A DNA stretch of 63,143 nt, counting the filler, from Perkinsus chesapeaki ATCC PRA-425 (Eukaryota > Protista > Perkinsozoa), in NCBI GenBank assembly GCA_013115145.1. It is 6 parts of 6 records of this genome, joined end to end, with 100 filler letters (N's around TTAATTAATTAA, not from the genome) between each part and the next. Parts side by side here need not be neighbours in the genome. Positions count along the whole stretch, not along the records: positions 32,046 to 37,987 come from JAAPAO010001115.1; positions 38,088 to 44,761 come from JAAPAO010001067.1; positions 44,862 to 63,143 come from JAAPAO010000671.1; 3 more parts are not named here. The stretch is one strand, 5' to 3'. Positions 36,136 to 48,107 of this stretch are shown here, piece after piece. The position numbers and the translations under genes were made by a program. The notes under the pieces were generated by a model that saw only the letters and a program-made list of their open reading frames with translations, was not told the origin of the DNA and ran no database searches. Numbering within the stretch: position 1 is the first letter of the stretch; the number at the start of each line of letters is the position of its first letter.

Positions 36136-37230
36136 GTATTACAACTGGCTAGTGTTCCTCGCCATCTTTTTCGCAATCTTGGCTCTGGGCCAGGGGTTTG
36201 TCCATAGAATCGCTAGCCTGGACCATGTCGGCTCGTAAGAAGGCGCGTGTAATTTCACCACATTTGCTAAGGCAGGTATTTGAACCTTCGGGACTGCGCC
36301 GAGTTTAACCTCTCGGATGCTGCCAGAGCCCAGGTCCTGGATTTTTCCGAAGCACAGTAATGAGTAAAACCTTACAAATGATATCGAATCAGACGCTTCT
36401 CAACTGGGTTATGTTAAGAATTCTCGCCTGAATTTCATGGTATCCCATGAGGTGTTCTCACTTGTTTTTCAGGGCACATGTCGGAGTAATTATAGCCACG
36501 GTTGCATTTTTCATATCTGTCCTCTTTGCAGCTCATCAAAGGTGACACCGCGAGATAAACCATGATTTCGACCCTTCTCCACATCTCAGACGTACCACAG
36601 AGATGTTCCGACGCCGGCATTGCACCATGGAAGACTTTGCACTGCAGTTGGCTGGTCTGCCCGTCAATGCGACCGACCCGGACGAACTTTCTAAATGGAT
36701 TAAAAACGTAACTGGGGTTGAGCCCATCGGAGTTAGCATCTCCTACAAGTAGGGTTGTGCTCTGGTTTCGCTGTCAGGGCGATTAGGTATGATAATGAAG
36801 CCGATTTAGTAGACAGACTTTGTGTTGCTCATTTGCAATACTTTGAACTTTTGCATGATCAACAACTCCATTACACACGCCGGATGGCTTCGACAAATTC
36901 CCAAGGTGAGTATTAAATGGTTATCCTCCTCCTCGTTATGGAAGTATGAAATCGTCATTCTCAGAACCCTACTCAACCAGCAGTCTTCCCTCGCGAAGTT
37001 CATGCAATGTAATCCCCAATGACGGCCAACTGTCACCAATGACAGTCCCAGACGGGTGAGCTTTAACTCCCGCGCTCCTCATGCTAGTAGATGTAGTTAC
37101 AACATTGAAGACGTTCGAGAGAGGTTGAGAAGTCTGCCCTCCACTGGGATAGCATATGTTGCCTTTAACACCGCACGAGACCGACAGAAGGCTCTCGATG
37201 CCTGTGAGTTGATATTCATCAATGATGAAT
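36136..37230 (+). CDS. CSC1/OSCA1/TMEM63-like channel, N-terminal part only, multi-exon
   Basis: TM exon (YYNWLVFLAIFFAILALG), then TMEDFALQLAGLPVNATDPDELSKWIKN and STGIAYVAFNTARDRQKALDA, resembling the cytosolic RRM-like domain of this family. No downstream TM exons seen. Confidence 0.55.
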
Positions 37231-37870
37231 ATCGTAATGCATCGTAATATCGTGAATTTTCGTAATGCAGGATGATGAATCATCATCCTGCATTACGAAA
37301 AATCATAACATTCTCCATGACCATTCCGCTCGGTTCGGAAGGAAGCAGCGAATGATAAATTTGTCGTCGGACTCACCGACGTTGGTGAATTTCTGTTTGG
37401 GATGGGTCGCATAATAGGTGCGGTTTCGACAGGAGGAATCCTTCCGAAAATTGATAATATTATTTTGCCTATTATTATTGCTCTGTACAACTTTAGGACC
37501 CAAAACTTCCTGAGCCGGAATGTAAAAATGAATAATCGCAAGTCTTCGCTCCTCATCGACGTTTGTTAAGGAGCCAACATTTGCAGGCCCCAATGGTATA
37601 TTATATTATAATACCCAACACTGTGTGTGTTTGAGTAGAATATACGCCGAACCTGTCAACATCTACTGGGAAAAGTAAGTCTGTTATAATTTTCGTCATG
37701 ATTTTGTGCTTGTAGTCTCCATATGAGCACACTGTCGTTCTCGCTGCGGTTGCTGCGAGGCATCTTCACCCTATCCATCACCTTTGTCATTTACACAGTG
37801 CTTTTCTTCACACCATTTTGCATGTAAGACTACACGAGGGCATTCCTTCTGTGGAGGAGAGGTTTCGTAA

Positions 37871-37987
37871 CTGTATTCTATTCATTGTATTATACAAGCA
37901 AGTATACAATGATTGTATATCTATACTGTATTCTATTCATTGTATTATACAATCAAGTATACAATGATAGTATATCTATACTGTATT
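37871..37987. repeat. 55-bp tandem repeat with an internal imperfect palindrome, running into the gap
   Basis: CTGTATTCTATTCATTGTATTATACAA.. recurs at 37871, 37926 and 37981. Confidence 0.85.
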
Positions 37988-38087
37988 NNNNNNNNNNNNN
38001 NNNNNNNNNNNNNNNNNNNNNNNNNNNNNNNTTAATTAATTAANNNNNNNNNNNNNNNNNNNNNNNNNNNNNNNNNNNNNNNNNNNN
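37988..38087. other. Assembly spacer with six-frame-stop linker
   Basis: N-run with TTAATTAATTAA at 38032-38043. Confidence 0.97.
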
Positions 38088-39092
38088 GCTAAACACATGG
38101 AAAGGTGTGGTGCGCAGCCTTCATCCTCTGTGAGAGGTGGCTAGCAGAGGCTTGGATCCAGTAGACGTTCTGCCTTATGGGCCTAGCCTCTGGGAGTTTT
38201 TAGTGGGTACGGCTTTGCGAGTCCCACAGTATCCTTGTGAGGTGCACACCCCAAGGGTCTCCGTAACCGGATTTTCCCCCACAGGCTGGTGAATGTGTCA
38301 AAAAAAAATACATAGAAAGTGCACTTCAGCCTGTGTCGACAGGGAGCCCAGGGACCTCGTCTAAAGGGAGCAGATCCATTAGATTCACCCTAGCGATTAG
38401 GATAGAGGAAACGTCGCCTAGATTGATGATAATATTATAGACTCGAGGCATCCATGAAAACATAAGTGACAAAAAGAAGACAACCAAAGAGCATTCAAGA
38501 AGTTGGCACAGCGCAAACGGCGCCAGCTGCTGGTGATATAGCTCACGTTCACGGAGCGGTGCTCCATAAATCACACCAACTCTACAACGTGGATTGGGTG
38601 GCGATAGATGGCGAGAGCGACGTTCCACTTCGAGGTTGCTGGTGACTGGTGTGGTTGCCCATCTTAGTCTTACTATATGTGTTAGTGTTAAAAGAAGTAA
38701 ATGCGTCTACAGATTCTGCTTTACTGTATTTCGGCTTCATTGGCTCAGCATAATCAGACGTGGCCATTCGACGGGTAGTCGTGGGCACCATTTAGGCATT
38801 CTCCCGTCGTACAGGGTGGTAATTCGAGAAGGGCCATCCCAAGTACCTCGAGCCGCTTTGGTCACCTTCTGCTATTCCACTTGTTTCGTGGCGTTTCCCT
38901 CCATGGCACAGTTCACTGCGATCTCTCAGAATATGAGCAAGAATGAGAGCTTTCGAATGATATGAGTCTTCGGCCCTCACTCTCTCGCAATAAAACACTG
39001 CGAGGGATAGGCCCTTTGAAAATTAACACTGTGTATTTCGAACCAAGTGCCATGGTTGACTGTGAGTGATACAGCTTATAATATATGCCTAT

Positions 39093-41348
39093 ATGCCCAG
39101 CTTCTCTGTGAATGACAGAGCTTGGATTTGGCTGCTATTGGAAGCTGCTTGTGCAATGTCAGATATCCATCAGAGAGATCCTTGCAACGCTTACAAGGTG
39201 GCTGGTATTGGGAAACTGTGGAATGTCCGGTGGACCACTTAAAAGTTACGGCATAATTGCTAGCCATTTATCATCTGTCTGAGTTGTCTCTATACCCATT
39301 CTGCGGCAGACTGCTATCATACCAGACTGTCTGCTATACTTCACGGCTGGTGTTCTCAACACTATCCACTTCCAATTAGTGTTTGTATAGTACAGAGTAT
39401 TCGGCTGGTATTTTAGGTAAAGAAGGAGGTACTTTTTTTCTGCGCACAATGAGAAATGATGACTTCTATATTGCAGAGAGGGAGGCGGCTGAGCCGGTAA
39501 GCCACACCAAGTCTTTCCGCAGTAAACGTTCAAAATGAACTTGGAACTTGAGTGGAGGCTCCAATGTGGAGCGCTCATTTGTTCAGCCCATTACAACTGT
39601 CTTAGGTATTGCTCCTGGAGTATAATGGAATCCGGCTCACACGTCCCACGAATTACATAGTACGCGCTGCAAAGGACCTCGGTGCTAGCATCGTTATCGT
39701 GGACCAAAGGTATTCATTCATCATGCAGAAGCCGATTAGGTGCTTTCAAGCCTCTCGATGTTGCCCGCAGGTATACCGGTACAAGCTTGCCTACAAAGGA
39801 GTTCTCAGTGGGAACGCTGAAGAAGCTTCTCACGGTACCTCAGTCGGTCCAAGATGTGGCCCTTGTGGGTCAGAATATCAAATCAAGCTCGCCCGGAATA
39901 AGAATAATCCTTTTTGGATGCAGCGCCGGAGGAGTAGCCGATATACCCTTATAATAAGATTCTTATGTATATACGTTGGATGCTTCTTATCTCAGACAGT
40001 TGCGGCGTTGGCTCGAAAGTATTACCCACTCACCTTTGATGGGGCAATTTTGTCTTCAGCTCCACTGAAGTTTCAACTAGAGGATCCTGAGTATGAGCAT
40101 GTCGAACGAACATGTTCATTTTGAGCATATCTTTCATACTCTCTGTCAAGTTTCTTCTCTATTGACATCGCTATACTCTTCTCCGTACGGGTAGTTCCAT
40201 CGTAATATTTCTTAAGGTATACCAAGGTCCTGGGAAAGGACTTCTCTAATCGTGGATTGGGAGGGAGCACTCAGTGTCTCTCAGCGGTGAGAGCACACCA
40301 CTTCTAAAAGCTTGAAGTTTTCTGCAGTTGAAGGAAGCGCACTCGGCTATTGGCGAGAAGTTAGCCTCACCGGAAGGGCGTCGACAGCTCGAGAAGACAT
40401 TTAACATACATGAAGGGGACTTGGAGGCGCGCGAAGTCCAGACAGCTTTGTGAGCAACAAGCCAAGTTATCAACTAACGAGCAGCTTATAGGAAAGCTTT
40501 TCCTGCTTTAGCACTTTACATGGTCGAAGCACTGGTTTGGTAGTACAAAACAATGACCCGCTATGTAAGGGAGAATATTGTAACGTGGAGAAGGTCTGCA
40601 AGAAGCTTACGGAAGGGTAGTTAGTTGAAATATTGTTGTTGTAGCACCAAGCTTTCATTTAGGCCAACTCCATTGGATATGCTGGCTACAATTTACAAGG
40701 CGAGACATAGAGGAGACTTGGCCGCGGGTGTAAAAGAATATCTCGCTAGGTCGGCCTTGAAACTAAAATTGGTCTTAGTCGCGAGGTTCGCTTCCACTCA
40801 GGTTAAAAGACGAGAAGATTCCTAGCGCTGATAGGATGAGGGAATTTCGTATCTGCTCCAGTAGAGGGCTAATATCGACCTGCAATTCTGCAACGTGCTC
40901 CTTCTTCACGCGGAGCGAAAATAGTTGGTTTGACTATGGAACTTGGTTATGTCGAGAAGGCTTTGGAATATCCAAAGAAGATGTCCGTATTGTGAATTAG
41001 ATTTTTTTCACTATTTTTAAGATACTCCAAGGAGTTGAAGAACTCAGAAAATATGTTGGAGACTTCCGCAATACAACTAATATACTATCGATTAATGGTG
41101 ATGCTGATCCATGGTATCCATCATCTATCTTTAGAGAAGGAGAAGGGCCTGAAGTGCAGATGGTAAGGGCAGGTGAAATAAACGATGTCGTATTAAATGC
41201 AGGTTGGGAATGCATCACATTGCTACTGGTGCAGTGTGGACGACGGGTAAGGTTGCTGTCATCCTAAGTGTGTATTGGGGTTCTCTTGTACGCGATCAGG
41301 ACCGTCTTGGAGAGGATACGCAACGTCATTCAGAAGTGGCTTGAATAA
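39093..41348 (+). CDS. Serine peptidase family S28 (prolyl carboxypeptidase/TSSP-like), multi-exon; apparent 1-nt frameshift near 39228
   Basis: Motifs in the expected order: PVDH, LGASIVIVDQR|YTGTSLP, LLTVPQSVQDVA, IILFGCSAGG (nucleophile elbow), RKYYPLTFDGAILSSAP, GGSTQC, QNNDPLC..CNVEKVC, INGDADPW, NASHCYW, VIQKWLE*. Confidence 0.85.
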
Positions 41349-41650
41349 CTGTTGAAGCTCCCCTCGTTGGTCCTTTAGCTCACTCGTTTGGATGTTTAAC
41401 GGGCCTTATTTACTACGTTCTTTCAACGAAATGACTTATTATACAATGTTTGCCTTTTCATGCGGCATATGATTCGTAGGTTTTTTATAGTCGAGGACAT
41501 TTCGCAGAAAAGTTAGACTTGAGTTTACGTGAATATTCTATCAACTTTTTTTGAAGGGAATGAAGCCACGCCTGGCAGATGATAGATCACTACCACTAGG
41601 CCTTCTTGAGGAAGGGACGGAGCTCGACGAACCGCCAGTAAATTCTGTCG

Positions 41651-41687
41651 GATGGGCGTAGGTTCGATCCCTAGGCCTGTCATTTTT
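41651..41687 (+). other. tRNA 3'-half-like relic (T-arm/B-box, acceptor 3' strand, T5)
   Basis: GGGCGTAGGTTCGATCCCTAGGCCTGTCA followed by TTTTT resembles a tRNA-Leu 3' end. No matching 5' half or A-box found. Confidence 0.35.
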
Positions 41688-41733
41688 CTGCGGAAAACTC
41701 TTTTTTGGCATAACTTATGATTGTATCTTGAAG

Positions 41734-42684
41734 TGAAGTCGCCTATGCACAGGAGAATGGGAAATGGGAAACAGTTAACCCGAAGCCCGGACACGGTCCA
41801 CAGGTTAAACTGTTCCCGAGTTTGGAACTACCCAAACCCAGGATTAGGAATATTTTGACACATTCGCGATAATCAGGAAGTAAGCTAACAATAGCTAATA
41901 GCTATTAGCTATTAGCTATATACTTCCAGCTCGAGAGAGCAGGGCTCATGACAAGAGCCTCTTGCTATCTAGCGAATTCCAAACATTCCTAACTCTTGGG
42001 TAAAGTAGGTTCAAACTCCTCCTGCACGGGCGGGTTGGGATGGGAAAGCGATTATTAACTCAACTGAAACGAATCAAACCCCTTCCTTTCAGGCTTTGAT
42101 TGAACAACTCAAACCAAATTCGACAAGTAGAAACCGCGCACGCCCAAAACTCACCAGATCTCTGTGCAAGCTTTTTCACACTCCGTTCCTGAAGGGAACT
42201 CCACATGAAGTCGCCTATGCACAGGAGAATGGGAAATGGGAAACAGTTAACCCGAAGCCCGGACACGGTCCACAGGTTAAACTGTTCCCGAGTTTGGAAC
42301 TACCCAAACCCAGGAATAGGAATATTTTGACACATTCGCGATAATCAGGAAGTAAGCTAACAACAGCTAATAGCTATTAGCTATTAGCTATTAGCTATAT
42401 ACTTCCAGCTCGAGAGAGCAGGTCTCATGACAAGAGCCTCTTGCTATCTAGCGAATTCCAAACATTCCTAACTCTTGGGTAAAGTAGGTTCAAACTCCTC
42501 CTGCACGGGCGGGTTGGGATGGGAAAGCGATTATTAACTCAACTGAAACGAATCAAACCCCTTCCTTTCAGGCTTTGATTGAACAACTCAAACCAAATTC
42601 GACAAGTAGAAACCGCGCACGCCCAAAACTCACCAGATCTCTGTGCAAGCTTTTTCACACTCCGTTCCTGAAGGGAACTCCACA
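41734..42684. repeat. Recent tandem duplication, 472 bp + 479 bp
   Basis: Copies 41734-42205 and 42206-42684 differ by about three substitutions and one 7-nt indel. Confidence 0.92.
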
Positions 42685-43140
42685 GTTTCCGGGCTTCAAA
42701 GTTCGCGGCACAAGTGCGTTTGTACCATACTAGTTTGACTACTACCGCGTTTTTGACCCACCCTCCTCTAAGAGGAGTCCTCTCCGGGTTGGACCTTTTG
42801 AGTTTACGCTGCGTACACGGGTGCATGTCTATGCTCGCAATTTAAACCCATAAGGTCGTGCACGCCCTCGCGCGGCGGCGGCATGTTCACGGGCTCGTAG
42901 GCTATGAGTCATAGCCGAACCCTTTGCACGGTTTCCGGGCTCTCCGGGAAAAATACGAAAAGCGAGTTATGATTCATAACCCACTTTTCGTATTCCAGCC
43001 ATCAGTGTGTTTGATCTCTTAACCTCAAAGAAGGTGAAAGTATTGCCATCTGACAGAAGGCTTCTGTCGACTGAACTACCGGTGTGGTCTTATATGGAAC
43101 TTTCAGGAGACGGCAGATGCAAGCGAACTTTGCAGCGGGC

Positions 43141-44260
43141 TCAGTAGACTTTTTCCTGGGTATCTCGTGGGGTTATCTGCGGCACAAGGAGACTCCTCAC
43201 TTCTGGGCTCCACTGAAGGTGGTCGTCTTGCATCGGCTGCGGAAGGGCCCTCTCTCGGTAAAGGATGCAAATTGACCAGGGGACGTCACCGCTGTAAGGT
43301 ATCCGTTCATCAAGGATGGGCGGAACGCGGTGAGCCTCCTTTAGTCGATCTACTGGAGGGTTATCCACCAGAATCCGGGGCATCAGCAAGCAAGTCACAG
43401 TGTGAACGAGCATGATGCATCTCTCCTTCTGTGTGAGTGACAGCTTGTGACAGGAAGAGATTACGTCGCAGTCTAGTAGACTGAGTCTACCATATATCAG
43501 AAGATGGAACTTTGACAGCAGCTGTGACTCGCAGCCTGTGAGGCTTTCTGCTAAACTCTTGGGAAGGTCATTCTTCGTGTTCTTTGTCCAGTTATCGGCG
43601 TACTCATTACCATTGATTTTTCGTAGGTTCCAGTCCGACAGCAACTCACATGTGTGCGTAAAGACTACCTAACGTCAGGGCAGGAAGCGGTGGACCTCAA
43701 CGGCAACACCACCATATCTCCAATCATGGATATTACCAGCCACTTGTAGCCAGAGGTGACGTCGTCTTTGCACGTGGGAGAGTTCTCGAAAGGTCTACGA
43801 TCCAGAAAGTACAGTATATTCCAAACGATATAGCAGACAGCTCTATGAATCTTACTATACTGTTCTAATATTTTTGGAGTGACTGTATAACTTATACTGT
43901 ATAAACATAATAATCATAGTTCCTTAAAGGTCACCGATATGAATCGACAGTAAAGGTGGTTGCAAGGGTTCGAATCGACAAAAATACATTTAAGTTTCAA
44001 CTTCAGAAAAATCCCACAAGAGTTTTTATGTCATGCCACTGACATGCGCGCATACAGAACATTTCGCATCGGTTCGTTAGTTCGGTTCATCGTCACTCGC
44101 ACAGTGCGAGTTGCATTGGAGTCGTGCCAGCCGAATAAGCCTTTCAATGTTTCTGGCGGGCTTGCCGATGTGTGAGTGAGGGCACAGTTCAAGACAATCG
44201 AGGCATCCAGCTCCACTGGTAGCTTCACAGCAGAACGCTCTCAGGCAATGCCGGAGCTAG
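43141..44260 (-). mobile_element. Decayed LTR-retrotransposon integrase remnant
   Basis: HSHIGKPARNIERL..KCSVCA (HHCC zinc finger), RRPFE..SGYKWLVI..VLPLRSTA (core) and NGNEY appear in order across frameshifts. Confidence 0.45.
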
Positions 44261-44761
44261 CGCGATCGTTACAAACACATAACCCTCTGGCTACAGAGAA
44301 ATGGGTCGGCGCCGTTCCATAAGCCTCGGTCATAAGGCAACACTATCCATGCTAGTCATCCGGAACTCGATCATATCCCAGGTGCGAGCTCTTTGTGGAA
44401 TTTTCCGATCTGTGCCTGACTGTGTCGTAAGTCGAAAAAGTCACTCTAACACTTTTGGATTGGTGTGTTCCCATGAGAAGTGCGGACACCTGGCGTGGTA
44501 GGTTTTCTGAATGACAGCGTTTCGCCAAAAAAGTGCTTATCCGGGGCTGGGCCCCTCGAAGCTCTAGCCTCGAACTGCAGCTGAGGGACTTGAGATCTGG
44601 CGATGATAGAGCAGCTCAATCGCACTACACCGTGGCAAAATCTGGGCAAGCTTGTTAGAAAGGACGGCTTTAAATCGCCGAAGACAGACGATCATCTTAG
44701 TGTCACTTAAATGTTTATGTGACGTACAGACTGTACGGTACAGTAGCCAGGACATGAGTGA

Positions 44762-44861
44762 NNNNNNNNNNNNNNNNNNNNNNNNNNNNNNNNNNNNNNN
44801 NNNNNTTAATTAATTAANNNNNNNNNNNNNNNNNNNNNNNNNNNNNNNNNNNNNNNNNNNN
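44762..44861. other. Assembly spacer with six-frame-stop linker
   Basis: N-run with TTAATTAATTAA at 44806-44817. Confidence 0.97.
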
Positions 44862-46145
44862 GACAGAGTTGTGTTAGAACCGAAAATCGGGACAGGGGGA
44901 CAACTTTTGTGTCACGGCACTTGCTAGTACAACACCTGTACAAGAAGCGCGCGCACGAGTGATCGATTTATTTATCCGTTACTCCGAAACGAAAGGGCTG
45001 TTGCCCGTACTAGGGGTACGATCTCATCCCTTAGGTCGCCCCTGACCATGCTTCATAAGCAACCCCTCAATAACTTCTGGGTAAGATTCTAGGATTCGCG
45101 GTGAGCTCTTACTCACCGGAAATCTTATGCTAAAGCCCGAGTTTCTCATGTAACAAACTTACCGGTAGGGTAAGTGGGATAAGAGTCCTTACCTTAAGAA
45201 CTCCCAAGCTTATTCTGAAAGAGTCCTCTTGAATTTTAGGGAGGGCTTGTGGAACATTACATTTGAAAAAGCGGCTACATCAGCGACCTAACAATCGTAC
45301 TTGACGTGTAAAAATGGATTCAGGCATCATTCAAAGAGCTGCAAATTTTGTCCAACGAACTTCCTTTATAAAGAGGGATAGACTTGGTGCGGCTGCATCG
45401 ACTTTGCCCTAAGCTTCCCCGTCTCAAAGTCTGGAACTAATTAAGAACGCATTAAGAACGCATGTGAATTACTAGAGCTTAAGGTATCGGCAAACAAGCT
45501 GGGTCAGCATTATGTGACAAAGTAGTTCAAAACGCTCCTGCCTGTACGAGTTTTGCCGGCAAGCGACAATCACAACTAAGCAAATATGCAAACACCGAGT
45601 ATTATAGGTCACATTTGAGAGACACAACCTTATACTGACACATTATGAGCCTTTCATTATCTATATAACAGAAATGTTCTTATAGTAGAACTGGTAATGC
45701 AACGCCAATGAGGCAACGAGAGCTATCATCACCAAATGTAATATTATATATCAAACGATAAGGGTGCAGTGAACTAGTCCAACACAGCGATTGAACGAGT
45801 GAACAACTGACGCTAGAGAAAGTAACATGTTCAATCTCTAGCTACGTGAGCATTTTCAAGACGAGTGAAGTAACAAAGCCACTGAGCAGATGAGCAATCA
45901 TATTCAATTAAAGATGAGACGTGAACGAAACAGCTCACGTGCTTCGTAAGGTTGCAGCTGAAAGGAGGGAGAGCTGTTGGCTCATTCCCGAGAGCTAGTC
46001 ATCACGCTAGTAGAGCGCTAGCAGTTGTAGCATAGCCTGGGTGAAGTCGTGAAGTAGTTTTATAGAAAGATCTCTAGAAGGCTAATAGGATCCCCGTGTT
46101 GTATTAGTTTCTTTTGTTTCCTCCCAAAACTGTTTCGGTTCTAAG

Positions 46146-47426
46146 ATGCCACGGTCATCGTCAGCAGGATCCACCAAAGAGTTCAGTGAGATCATCATCC
46201 CCGATGGATGCTCCGATGCCAAGGCTGTTTTCAATGTTGTTATGACTGCCATTGGTCTCGGTATAATGACTCTCCCACTGGCTTTCTCTCGTGCTGGTTG
46301 GATCAGCGGTATTATCCTACTCTTTGTGGCCGGTCTCTTCGTCTACTATAACGTCACGCTACTTTGCGAGAGTCTATGCATGAACCCCGAAAATCCCAAG
46401 CGTCCAATACCATCATTTGAAGAACTCGGTCGAGTCTGTTATGGACGAGTCGCCACAGTGATCAACTCCTTAACGCTCCATCCCCTCATGCTGTCTGCCT
46501 GCGCGGCCTTCTTAATCTTGCTTGCTACAAGCATGTATAGCCTTACTGGTGTCCTATCCTACAACATATGGCTTCTTATTATGACTGTTATGATAATGCC
46601 TTTCTCTTGTCTACGATCTATGAAGGAGGTCGGTATTCTTTCAGCTCTTGGTGTGGCGTCTGTCTTCGCTACTGTCACACTAGTTGTTATTGCAAGTATT
46701 GATAGGTATGCTGGTGATGACCATGACGACATGGAAATTACCCATCATCTCTCAGGAGGCCCAATACAGCTGATATCAGTCTTCTGCACATTCCTACTAT
46801 CATTTAACGTTAGTATTACCGTTCCCACTATAATGAAGGATGTAAGGAGACCTCAGAGGTTTTCGAGAGTTGTGCTCATATCTTTTATTTTGGTTGGTGC
46901 GGTATATCTATTGGTTACTGTTATTGGCTACTTAGCTTTTGGTGATGCTATTACCAATTACGATACTATGATTGAGGCCTTTACTCCGGCAGACCATTCA
47001 GAATGGACGGTCTATTCCTGGCTCATTAACATATGTGCAGTCATCCTTGTTGCCACCCACTTTTTGGTTATTTTATCACCGAGTGCTCAACTATCAGACC
47101 AACTCCTATCAGAGCATCTCACTAATAAGTGGAGTAATCGTGTATTGGCGGAAGTGGTTCGCTGTACTGGTCGTATTCTCCTTGTTATCTTCTGTGCTTT
47201 GATAGCCCTATTCGTGCCAAGCGTTGATAAGCTGGTCAATCTCCTTAGCGCAGTCTTCGTGGTCCTTATCGCGTTGGTATATCCCACTGTCTACTATTGG
47301 AGGATCCTACAGCTCCAAAATGTTTCCCAAAAGAGCTGGGTCGTATGGATTCAACGTTTCCTTGTTGCCATTGCTTTCGTCTCGCTCGTTTTTGGTACAT
47401 ACATGGCTGTCAAGGACTTTTTCTAA
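46146..47426 (+). CDS. Amino-acid/auxin permease (AAAP, Aa_trans) transporter, intronless, copy 1
   Basis: AVFNVVMTAIGLGIMTLPLAFSRAGWISG, SFEELGRVCYG, VPTIMKDVRRPQRF and about 11 hydrophobic segments. Confidence 0.95.
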   Translation: MPRSSSAGSTKEFSEIIIPDGCSDAKAVFNVVMTAIGLGIMTLPLAFSRAGWISGIILLFVAGLFVYYNVTLLCESLCMNPENPKRPIPSFEELGRVCYGRVATVINSLTLHPLMLSACAAFLILLATSMYSLTGVLSYNIWLLIMTVMIMPFSCLRSMKEVGILSALGVASVFATVTLVVIASIDRYAGDDHDDMEITHHLSGGPIQLISVFCTFLLSFNVSITVPTIMKDVRRPQRFSRVVLISFILVGAVYLLVTVIGYLAFGDAITNYDTMIEAFTPADHSEWTVYSWLINICAVILVATHFLVILSPSAQLSDQLLSEHLTNKWSNRVLAEVVRCTGRILLVIFCALIALFVPSVDKLVNLLSAVFVVLIALVYPTVYYWRILQLQNVSQKSWVVWIQRFLVAIAFVSLVFGTYMAVKDFF

Positions 47427-47598
47427 CTCACATTTACCAAGCTGTCCTGACAATGTCCTGATTTAAAAGCGTCTTCCGTGTTTCTGCCCTGGGTTGGCCG
47501 ATCACTAGATCTCATTTCAGCACTGTGTTCTTTGCTGAGATGGCTACTACGACTCTATTTATTATCATTTAACCATATTGTGAATAGTAATTTGTTAG

Positions 47599-47621
47599 TG
47601 CCCTGGGTTGGCGGTAGCATT
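47599..47621 (+). promoter_or_regulatory. Conserved 23-nt element downstream of AAAP copy 1 (further copy 47721-47743, partial copy 47485-47498)
   Basis: TGCCCTGGGTTGGCGGTAGCATT is identical at 47599, 47721 and 52175. Function is inferred only. Confidence 0.6.
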
Positions 47622-48107
47622 TACTCCTTGAGAACGCATCTTAAGTTTCTCTATTAACGATTGTTCAACGGTGATAAAATTCATCTCTCTCAATTGTTCG
47701 CAGTAACTTGCTAATGCTGGTGCCCTGGGTTGGCGGTAGCATTCGTATAATCTTAATAATAAATGCTTTTGCGGTTTTCCATTAGCGATAGAGGTGCGAC
47801 GATGTTCTGCAAGTTCTTACGTGTTTGGGCTTCACTACGCCGTCCGCATGCTTTTCATAGCTGCCTCTTCCTGGAAAGTGACTAATACCAGATTCTGAGC
47901 TTCTCATTATTTCTTAAGTCTTATGTGTGTTACGGTGCTCTTCAGATTTTTGTCTTGAGCGTCTGTGCTGCCCTTCCTCCTAGTTGTATTTGCGCAGTGG
48001 AGTGAGGTGTTGTGTTATGTACGGTGGACGGGGGGAGCGTGTACCATATTGTCATAACCGCCGCGATGTTGTCGCTAGGTAAGGGTGTGTTTTGGCCAAC
48101 GTCATTA

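Noticed and set aside
38326-39000. Possible integrase remnant (LCHGGK..YLGWP)
   Set aside because: Motifs are too degenerate to support a call.
11058-44817. TTAATTAATTAA recurring five times as a biological repeat
   Set aside because: Always centred in a 100-nt N spacer, so it is an artificial six-frame-stop linker. Gene adjacency across it was not interpreted.
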